Shown here: positions 37,363-45,014 of the stretch, one piece after another | Numbering within the stretch: the first letter of the stretch is position 1 | Layout: every line of letters begins with the position of its first letter | Assembly: GCA_041690295.1 (NCBI GenBank) | Contig: JAWLHR010000011.1 | Coordinates: 1-64,000, forward strand | DNA length: 64,000 bases | Direction of reading: 5' to 3' | Source of the DNA: Bdellovibrionales bacterium | GTDB taxonomy: Bacteria; Bdellovibrionota; Bdellovibrionia; Bdellovibrionales; UBA1609 | The notes under the pieces: generated by a model | Database searches by the model: none | What the model was told of the DNA's origin: nothing | What the model saw: only the letters and a program-made list of their open reading frames with translations | Translations under genes and position numbers: made by a program

Positions 37363-37471
37363 GTGGGCACCCTCCTTCTCCCTGTTCCAAAGCCATGACC
37401 CCCGCCCAGCTTTGAATCAGAAAGTTTTAGCGCCCACAGACTTAAAAGGTTCATTTCAGCAGTTATGGAGC

Positions 37472-37498
37472 TTATCGACGCATCGAGTTATAACTTTA
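37472..37498 (-). promoter_or_regulatory. sigma28 promoter, flagellin 4
   Basis: TAAA-N15-GTCGATAA; implies a ~100-nt leader. Confidence 0.85.
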
Positions 37499-37532
37499 GG
37501 ATTTTTTTATGCGCCACGTTAATTTTATGGAA

Positions 37533-37844
37533 TTAGGCATAAATATCTAATACTTGGCCACTGTCATCGAGCCTTTTCAGGTTCTCTTGAGCCCGCAGAT
37601 AGGGGTGCGTGATTGGCTGGAACTTCGACACCCTCGGACGGTTTTTCTGCTCTTTTTCTTTGCTTTCTTTATGGATGAATCGTGCGAAACGAAGAAGCGC
37701 GTTCTGCGTTTCTTCGTCCAATGTTAACTGAGGTTGCTGCGGTGACGCCGCCGGTTCCACCTCTTTAGGTACAACCTTTAGCTTTTCACCTCTCTCCAGC
37801 TGCTGACCCGATGTCCTTATTAGATCGGCGCCTGAGTAAAGCAT
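37533..37844 (-). CDS. Small hypothetical protein
   Basis: Ends 'GQVLDIYA', a tail type seen on small flagellar-region proteins; start uncertain. Confidence 0.5.
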   Translation of the reverse strand: MLYSGADLIRTSGQQLERGEKLKVVPKEVEPAASPQQPQLTLDEETQNALLRFARFIHKESKEKEQKNRPRVSKFQPITHPYLRAQENLKRLDDSGQVLDIYA

Positions 37845-37988
37845 TACTACCAGCCTAGCAGGACTTTGGGTCAGTGACCGGGAAATTTTATGGAACGCGT
37901 TAGAGCCGTAAAATTACATCAGAAATCTGTATCAAAATAAAACATGGCCCTTCATTGCGCGCTCACTCGCCTTCGATAGAATGAGCGG

Positions 37989-39017
37989 ATGAAAAGCGCC
38001 CGCTTGCCGGTGATCGATCTGATACGGCTGTTTTCCTTTCTTGCGATCATCATCTTTCACACCAGCTTCACACTTTGGCCGGCGGCTCAATTTGATAGGG
38101 TGCCGGAGCCGAGCCTCTGGATCACACCACTGGAAACTTACGCGCGCGCCCTGAGTTTCAGCGGATTCACGGTTATTTTTCTTTCTTTTTTTCTGTTCGG
38201 CTTCAAAGCGGAATTGAAACAAAATTGGTTTAGACTATGGCTCTTGATGCTGGCCTTTTTCGCCCTGTGGAGATTGGGCGGCGATGACTTTCCTTATATA
38301 TGGGACATTTACCCCTACTTGCTCGTGGTGGTCGCGCTCTCAGCCCTCCTTCGCAATTGGCCGGGTTGGTTGCTGGCCATCCTGGGTGGAATTTTGACCA
38401 GTATTCCGTTTTGGCATTTCGAACCGCGACTGCAGCTGGTCGACTGGTTGAGCGGCCCGATTTTCGGAAACTGTCATCTCAACGATCTTGACGGTGATGA
38501 GTGGCCGCTTTTGCCCTGGATCGGTTACCCGATTTTCGCTTTCGGGATGGGGCGCTTGGCGCGGAAATACGAAAACAAATTAAAATCCATGTCTTTTGGC
38601 GAAATCGTATTTTGGTCGGCGGCATTGGGAATAAGCCTGAATCAAATCGGAGAATATTATGCGACTCCACTGGGCTATCGGTTCGGATGTTTTATCTTTC
38701 GCCGGCCGCCTCTAACGTTCTGGTCGCATCAAATCTGGATTATTTTTCTCGTCCGCCTGGGTTATACACGCGTGGTCAATACCTGGCTAACTCGCAACCG
38801 CTTGGTGACTTGGATCACACAGCGCCCGGTGAATCGGAAATTTTATTTGGCGTACTTTCTACATTACCCTTTTTGTCTGGTTTGGGCGGCGGGCGCATCG
38901 CATTTGAATCTGAACTTGCAACCATGGGTCTTCGCGGCCGGCGTGTTCGCTTGTGTCATCTGGGTTGAGTATTCAACGGTTGTCTTAAGTCGAATACTTC
39001 TAAATAATAAAAAATAG
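37989..39017 (+). CDS. Polytopic membrane protein, DUF1624/acyltransferase-3-like
   Basis: 'DLIRLFSFLAIIIFH', 'WPLLPWIGY', 'YLAYFLH'; many TM segments. Confidence 0.6.
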   Translation: MKSARLPVIDLIRLFSFLAIIIFHTSFTLWPAAQFDRVPEPSLWITPLETYARALSFSGFTVIFLSFFLFGFKAELKQNWFRLWLLMLAFFALWRLGGDDFPYIWDIYPYLLVVVALSALLRNWPGWLLAILGGILTSIPFWHFEPRLQLVDWLSGPIFGNCHLNDLDGDEWPLLPWIGYPIFAFGMGRLARKYENKLKSMSFGEIVFWSAALGISLNQIGEYYATPLGYRFGCFIFRRPPLTFWSHQIWIIFLVRLGYTRVVNTWLTRNRLVTWITQRPVNRKFYLAYFLHYPFCLVWAAGASHLNLNLQPWVFAAGVFACVIWVEYSTVVLSRILLNNKK

Positions 39018-39181
39018 CGGATATAAGAGAGTGCTCGTGAAAAAAGCCCGCGAATCACGGGCGTATTCAAGTGCACGCGACAGCTTCGATGTTCTTATTC
39101 TCATGTTCCTTCTGGCCTGCCTGGCGCTCTCGAATAGCTTGAGAACTTAAAAAATTTGCGAAACAAGGGTCAGCGTCCATC

Positions 39182-40144
39182 GTGAACTTGAGGCATGGTC
39201 ACTCCGGAATGAGCTTGGTTGAAGTCATGGTGGCAACGGGCATATTGTCAGTGGTCATCTATGCCGTGATGTCATCACTCGATCTGGCCCACAGATTAAT
39301 CAAAGGTTCCGCCGAATCTTTGGAACTTTCAGCCCTACAAAACGAAATCGCGCAAAACATGCAAAACAGTTTCGCGCTCGGCGCGGGATATAGCAGTTCC
39401 AACGCCAATGTCATTGACCCTAACTCGACGGCTCCACAGGACATCACGATTTTTGATGCCACGAGCGGAACCATCCCCGCTTACACCGCGTTCAGCGGCC
39501 CGGATCCCGCCGCCGCTCCCGAGACCGCGCGATACAACCAGTATGTGTTCCGGTCGATCCGATTGCGAAAGAAAGATAACGTACCCGGTGCCGGCGACGT
39601 TGGACCGCCACAGGTGGTTTTTGATCCAGCGGGAGTTCAACTCGAGCGGCGCGCGTTAATGATGGATTTGGAACTGGAACTGACTCGGATCGTGAAGGGT
39701 CCCTCGCAAACTCCCGGCTCGATCGTGCGTGTGATTCCGGTTTCCGTACTGGTGGAACGTCGATTTGGTTCCGGAGCCAGCTGGAAAGTCGCCAAGGTGG
39801 GTTCCACGGAAGGTCTCTCGTTCAACATCGGATGGCGTACGACCACGGAAGGCTCGGATTGCAGAGTCGTTGATTCCCGAGGACGAACGATACGACCAAC
39901 GGGGGCCGTGGGATCCGCGCGGGTGTACGGACCCGACGGACGGCGATTGTCTGATTACTGGGTCGGAGAGGATGGCGGAGCAATGACCTGCCCCGCGGGA
40001 TCGTTCATGACGTCACAGGGAATTCATTATCAGGACGACGAAGAAGTGATTTGCGAGAAGTGCGGCAAACGGTGCACGAATTGTTATACCGTACCCGTTC
40101 GCCAATCGATTCCAACGATTAAATGTTGCAAGGTGCGGATGTGA
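39182..40144 (+). CDS. Type IV pilin-like protein with Cys-rich C-terminus
   Basis: Class III signal SG|MSLVEVMVA (E5) followed by a hydrophobic helix. Confidence 0.85.
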   Translation: MNLRHGHSGMSLVEVMVATGILSVVIYAVMSSLDLAHRLIKGSAESLELSALQNEIAQNMQNSFALGAGYSSSNANVIDPNSTAPQDITIFDATSGTIPAYTAFSGPDPAAAPETARYNQYVFRSIRLRKKDNVPGAGDVGPPQVVFDPAGVQLERRALMMDLELELTRIVKGPSQTPGSIVRVIPVSVLVERRFGSGASWKVAKVGSTEGLSFNIGWRTTTEGSDCRVVDSRGRTIRPTGAVGSARVYGPDGRRLSDYWVGEDGGAMTCPAGSFMTSQGIHYQDDEEVICEKCGKRCTNCYTVPVRQSIPTIKCCKVRM

Positions 40145-41094
40145 CAACGAATCAATCAAGTGGATTTTCCTTGATGGAAGTGGTCGTGGCCGTGGGAGTC
40201 GGGGTCTTGGTGTCCTTGGGCGTGGGCCAACTTCTTATCCAGATGCAAAGATCTTCGATTCGCTTCGATAAGCTGGCGGACGCCAACGAATTCTTGGCTC
40301 ATCTCACCAGTCTCATCAATAATCCCCAACAATGTGAGTATGCGATCGGACATGGCTACAGTCCGTTCAAGATCACCTATGGCCCGCTGGGCAGCCAGTC
40401 TTCCATGAATCTTCAAGGTTTGACGTTCAACCCTGATCAGCGAGTGGGCTCCAATCAACCGGCGCCCCAAGATATTGTGATTCGCGATCCGAACAATCCG
40501 ACCCGCAATCTCTACGAACCCGGAGTTAACATTTCACCGAGACTCCAGCTGGGCTCAATGACGCTCACCATGACCCAAGAAATCACCACCGCCACTTACA
40601 GTGCCGGTTTTGGAACTATACGAAAGGGCGAAAAAACACAGTACGATGCCACCCATCCGGTTGTCCGCCGCCTGATCGCCGTGGTGTTGCGGGTGACACT
40701 CAACGATACGAGCACGGCCGAACAAGTGTCATTAAATGACCGAGTCATTCCCCTTGTCGTGGAAGTGGAAACTCCGTTTCCGGTGAACCCCGCCAGCAAT
40801 CCCTGGCGGATCGCCCGCTGTGCCGCGAGCCAGTCGAGCTCTGAAAACTTCGGCTGGTCCAACGATCTGACGACGGGACCCAATCCCACATGCATTGATG
40901 TGGTCGGCCAACCCAATTCCATCGTGGATTGTCCTGAGGGCACCTACATCGTGAAACAGAGTTTCCAGATTAACGGCCCGGTAACGACCGCCGTTTACCC
41001 GGCCTTGTGCACTAAACGTGGGTGCTCCGGCGAAGTCCAGGCTTATGTGACGACAGCCACGCCGACAATCACCTGTTGCCCGGCCGTGAGGTGA
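40141..41094 (+). CDS. Type IV pilin-like protein with Cys-rich C-terminus
   Basis: GTG start coupled (GTGA) to the previous stop; SG|FSLMEVVVA. Confidence 0.87.
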   Translation: MTTNQSSGFSLMEVVVAVGVGVLVSLGVGQLLIQMQRSSIRFDKLADANEFLAHLTSLINNPQQCEYAIGHGYSPFKITYGPLGSQSSMNLQGLTFNPDQRVGSNQPAPQDIVIRDPNNPTRNLYEPGVNISPRLQLGSMTLTMTQEITTATYSAGFGTIRKGEKTQYDATHPVVRRLIAVVLRVTLNDTSTAEQVSLNDRVIPLVVEVETPFPVNPASNPWRIARCAASQSSSENFGWSNDLTTGPNPTCIDVVGQPNSIVDCPEGTYIVKQSFQINGPVTTAVYPALCTKRGCSGEVQAYVTTATPTITCCPAVR

Positions 41095-41098
41095 TGAG

Positions 41099-41794
41099 AT
41101 GATTTTTCGCTTCTTGATCGTCATGATCGCCATGGCCTGCATGATCTATGAATTGATTCTAGCGCAAATGTTCTCGGCACTATTGGGTAACACGCTTTTA
41201 CGATATTCGTTGACGATCGGAATCTATTTGGCCGCTCTCGGCACGGGTTCACTTTTGGTCAAGCCGGGCCCGTCCCCAGCGATCCGCGCGCGATTGTTCA
41301 AAATTGAAACCATGCTTTTGATTTTCGGCGCGCTCAGCCCTTTGCTCGCGCTCGGTGGAGAGTGGTTCCTACGCCAGTTGATTGATCCCACCACACCCGC
41401 GTTCCTTTATTGCGCCTATTTCTACTCGGCGCTTCTGATTTTCGTCGTGGGCGTTTTCGCCGGAATGGAACTGCCGCTGCTCATGCACTGGGGCGAATCG
41501 GAATTCAAAATTCCTTCCGGACAGGTCTTGTTTTTTGATTATTTCGGCACGCTACTGGGAGTTTTGGTTTTTATTTACCTATTGCTGCCGCACACGGGAA
41601 TCATGCTCGCGTCAGGTATCTGCGGCTTGGTCAATGGCTTGGCCGCCGTCGTGACCTTCTCCTATCCCCGACCGATCTCGTTCACTCCCAAATGGTGGGG
41701 AATCTTCACCACGACCTCTTTGATTGTCTTATTCACGGTGATCTTTCACAGCCGAACATGGACATTTTTCGAGGGTATCTATTTTGGAAGCTAA
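41099..41794 (+). CDS. Stand-alone membrane domain of the membrane-bound spermidine synthase type
   Basis: 'IYELILAQ...LGNT..RYSLTIGIYLAALGTGS', 'GMELPLL', 'DYFGTLLG'. Confidence 0.8.
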   Translation: MIFRFLIVMIAMACMIYELILAQMFSALLGNTLLRYSLTIGIYLAALGTGSLLVKPGPSPAIRARLFKIETMLLIFGALSPLLALGGEWFLRQLIDPTTPAFLYCAYFYSALLIFVVGVFAGMELPLLMHWGESEFKIPSGQVLFFDYFGTLLGVLVFIYLLLPHTGIMLASGICGLVNGLAAVVTFSYPRPISFTPKWWGIFTTTSLIVLFTVIFHSRTWTFFEGIYFGS

Positions 41795-43397
41795 ACCCAT
41801 CACGCTGGCCCTCGTGGCCGTCGTCAGTTCAGCTTGCGGTTTGCTGTACCAGCAGCTGATGGTGAAAAATCTCACCGGCGTGGTCAGCGACGTTTTGCTC
41901 GTCCAAACGATCAGTTTGGTGATCTATCTTGGCGCTCTCGGTGTCGGCTCCCTCATCGCCGATCACTTCAGCCATCATGCGATCCTGCGCAAAGTCGCGA
42001 TCATTGAATTGATTCTCGCGTTCGTCGGCGTCTTGATTGGACCTTTGATCCATGCGGCCTATTTTATCTGCAAGTTTTTTCTGCATGAAATCGGCGGCGA
42101 TATGGCCGCGGCCGCGGATCGCTCACGACTTCTATTTTTGTTCGCCAACCAATATCTAACGGTCATTCTCGGTTTCTGCACTGGATTTGAATTCTCCGCG
42201 CTGATTCATGCCGCCCGCCGGGTGAATGAAAAAGCGCAGAACTGGATCATCGCCGCCAATAACCTGGGAGCGCTTCTCGCCTGCTTGACCTTCGCCATTG
42301 TCTTCGGCGCCATCTCCCCGACACTGGCCGCTTGGGCGGTGGCGCTTGTGAATTTCTGTGTGGCCTTGCTCTTAATCCGCATGACATCGTCCAAGCTTTC
42401 TTGGCGCTGGCTGTGGCTCAGCGCCGTGGGAACGTCCGGCTTGGCGCTGATCGTGTTTTTAATTCCCAATCTCCAGCGCTTGGAACAATTTTATCTCAAA
42501 AGTCTATACTCCCCGCCGCGACGTTTGAGTTCACCGCGCGCCACCCTTGATTTCATCCGACACGAACTCCTCCCGAAACCCGATGTCATCCGCATTTACA
42601 CCTCCTATCAAACGGCTGACTTCGTGACCGACTCAACCGGCGGTTTGACCATGTTCCTCGACAATCAGGCGCAATTGAGCGCCGCCTGGAACAAAATTTA
42701 CCATGAAAGCCTGGTACATATGCCGATTCAATTCTTCGGCCAGGTGCCACGCCGAGTGCTGATCCTCGGTGGAGGCGATGGCATCGCCGCGCGCGAACTC
42801 CTGCGCTACGGTGATCGCATTGAAAATATTGATCTGGTTGAACTTGATCCAACCATCATTCAGCTGGCCAAAGAAAACCAATACTTTCTCAACCTCAATG
42901 AAGGCGCATTGACTCATCCGAAAGTCACCATTCACCTTCAAGACGCGATCGCTTTTCTGCGCTTTACGTCAGGTCGGTGGGATGCCATTTACGCGGATTT
43001 CCCGCTGCCGTTTGATTACGATCTGCTGAAACTCTTCAGCGTGGAATTTTATAAGCTGGTGGCGATGCGCCTCGCGCCGGGTGGAACGTTAACTTTGGAT
43101 TCGGGTATTTTGAATCGCGTGCCCGATGAATGGAACGGAATCTTGCTTGAGACATTGAAAGCCGCCGGTTTTCAAACCCGCGCACCTTATCTGGGCAACG
43201 AAGTTTTCGTCACCGCCAGGCTCGACCTGAAACAACCCCAGACGAATTTCAAAGATTGGGGAATAAACTTTGACTATTTAAACGCGAATCGTTTGGCGAA
43301 AGCGTTGGTGGTGGACCTACATCATGAAAACCAAGCTTCCAGGGTGAACAGTATTTTTCGTCCAATGCGGAGGGCACTGCGTGATTTTGACTTCTAA
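41784..43397 (+). CDS. Membrane domain fused to spermidine synthase (SpeE)-fold transferase
   Basis: About 7 N-terminal TMs; 'TSYQ', 'YHESLVH', 'VLILGGGDGIAARELL', 'VELDP', 'LFSVEFY'. Confidence 0.85.
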   Translation: MEAKPITLALVAVVSSACGLLYQQLMVKNLTGVVSDVLLVQTISLVIYLGALGVGSLIADHFSHHAILRKVAIIELILAFVGVLIGPLIHAAYFICKFFLHEIGGDMAAAADRSRLLFLFANQYLTVILGFCTGFEFSALIHAARRVNEKAQNWIIAANNLGALLACLTFAIVFGAISPTLAAWAVALVNFCVALLLIRMTSSKLSWRWLWLSAVGTSGLALIVFLIPNLQRLEQFYLKSLYSPPRRLSSPRATLDFIRHELLPKPDVIRIYTSYQTADFVTDSTGGLTMFLDNQAQLSAAWNKIYHESLVHMPIQFFGQVPRRVLILGGGDGIAARELLRYGDRIENIDLVELDPTIIQLAKENQYFLNLNEGALTHPKVTIHLQDAIAFLRFTSGRWDAIYADFPLPFDYDLLKLFSVEFYKLVAMRLAPGGTLTLDSGILNRVPDEWNGILLETLKAAGFQTRAPYLGNEVFVTARLDLKQPQTNFKDWGINFDYLNANRLAKALVVDLHHENQASRVNSIFRPMRRALRDFDF

Positions 43398-43422
43398 AAG
43401 AATTCCGTTTCACAATTTTTTA

Positions 43423-44157
43423 ATGCACTCCATGGCGTTAAGTCTGATTTTGCTTTTAGTCATGGGGTGCGAGAAAAAAACCGTAACGCCGCCACCTTCC
43501 AAATCGGCCTCGCGGACCACGCCGGACCAAACCCATCCGCCGCCACTGGCTTCGCGTCTTCCTCGCCAGTACGTGCCGTGGAATCCCCAACAAGTCATCA
43601 GCGCTCAGCCGGTGGCTCGTCTGTTCGTGGACAGCAGCCCAACTCAAATCAAGGTGGGATATCCGTTCACCATTAAACTCAGGGCCATCGATGCCGTGGG
43701 CAAGCCCGTAATGAAGTCTGACGTTCCGGCGGTCCTCAGTGTTGTTGAAGGTGGTTCGCGGCTCAACCAGGGACGGACCAGTGCCATGATTAAGAATGGT
43801 GAAATTGTGTTTACCGATGTCGTCCTGGATAAGACAGGGGGCCACGTCCTGTCGGTGGCCGTCGGCGGCACGAGCGTGACGTTGCCGAAAATCTTGTCCA
43901 CGGCCGACAGGAAGGCACCCGCAACCGTGCGCATCGAGGGGCGCGCTTACCAGGCCACCTACATTCCGCCCAATAAATTCGAGGTGGACGGGGACGTTTA
44001 CGAAAACGTGCCGTTCGGCGAATCCTACGCGGTGATCGAGGGCGTTTACTACAAGGTTTTCCGCGACATTAATAACAATCTGGAAGTCCGAAGATTGAAA
44101 GCGCCGCCCGCCAAGTTTTCGAAAAAAATCAAAGAAGAACAGGAGAAGAACAAGTGA
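43423..44157 (+). CDS. Lipoprotein with Pro-rich linker and Ig-like beta domain
   Basis: Lipobox VMGC; 'VGYPFTIKLRAIDAVGKPV', 'GEIVFTDVVLDKTG'; start uncertain. Confidence 0.7.
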   Translation: MHSMALSLILLLVMGCEKKTVTPPPSKSASRTTPDQTHPPPLASRLPRQYVPWNPQQVISAQPVARLFVDSSPTQIKVGYPFTIKLRAIDAVGKPVMKSDVPAVLSVVEGGSRLNQGRTSAMIKNGEIVFTDVVLDKTGGHVLSVAVGGTSVTLPKILSTADRKAPATVRIEGRAYQATYIPPNKFEVDGDVYENVPFGESYAVIEGVYYKVFRDINNNLEVRRLKAPPAKFSKKIKEEQEKNK

Positions 44158-45011
44158 TGAATGATTCCCGCGGCTCGATCATGGGCTACGTATTGATCGC
44201 GATCGTGGGTACGGGCCTGATGATCCTCGCCCTGATGTCACGGGCGGATTTGATCGCCAAACAACAAGGCCATCTTAACCGGATCACCGAAGCCACCATG
44301 TTCATGCGAGGATTGGCCAATATGCTGGATTATTCCATCGGCTGCTCCAACTCGCTTGGCTATGGCTATCACACGTCGACCAGCGCTCAATACGCGAATG
44401 AATTCAATCCCGACATCCCCAATCCCCAGAATACCAATGTGACGATTTATGACCCGGCCGGGAATCACAATGTCCTCTACCGCGCCTGGAGCGGAGATCC
44501 CACGACCGAGGAACCGCCCAAAACCGCGCTGGCGACGCCGAAACTGCTGATCCGGCAAATTGTATTGCAAAAAAATATTCCCCCCGGCGGTACGCTCGCG
44601 GACGCGGACCTGGCTTCGTTTCCAGATGTGCAGATTGAAGATTCAACATTCGATCCCAACCTCAGTGTGACCGGACTGGTGGATGTCCGTGCGGTCTCGG
44701 CTGAATTGATGATGAGTTTTGAAAATATCGGAAACGCGGAGACCTTCTTCAGTCGGAGCTTTCAACGGAAAATCGAAATCATACTTTATGTGGAACGTCC
44801 GAAAGGCTCATCTGAACCGTGGCGGGTGGTCACCTGCACCCCCAATATGGGAGCGGTCATTCTTCCCGGATGGGTCTCAACAAATGATGTCCGAACCCAA
44901 CCGCCGCGGGAAAGGCAAACGGCATGCCCTCAGGGAAGTTATGCGGTCGGGATTCAAGCCACATCGCCGGGGCCACTTCTGCGGATCAAATGCGCGAAAA
45001 TGCGGAAATGA
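44154..45011 (+). CDS. PilX/GspK-like pilin (no E5), paralog of the two upstream pilins
   Basis: RG|SIMGYVLIAIVG; shares 'TIYDP', 'PWRV..C...GW', 'CPQGSY...IKC'. Confidence 0.7.
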   Translation: MMNDSRGSIMGYVLIAIVGTGLMILALMSRADLIAKQQGHLNRITEATMFMRGLANMLDYSIGCSNSLGYGYHTSTSAQYANEFNPDIPNPQNTNVTIYDPAGNHNVLYRAWSGDPTTEEPPKTALATPKLLIRQIVLQKNIPPGGTLADADLASFPDVQIEDSTFDPNLSVTGLVDVRAVSAELMMSFENIGNAETFFSRSFQRKIEIILYVERPKGSSEPWRVVTCTPNMGAVILPGWVSTNDVRTQPPRERQTACPQGSYAVGIQATSPGPLLRIKCAKMRK

Positions 45012-45014
45012 GAA

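Noticed and set aside
33085..37463. The 15/17-bp inverted repeats as DNA-inversion (phase variation) sites
   Set aside because: No recombinase in the window. The two repeat pairs are unrelated in sequence, and inversion would disconnect genes from their promoters rather than swap them. Not fully excluded without checking reads for inverted junctions.
41099..43397. One spermidine synthase gene split by a frameshift
   Set aside because: Each ORF carries its own complete copy of the membrane domain, so this is a duplication rather than a broken gene.
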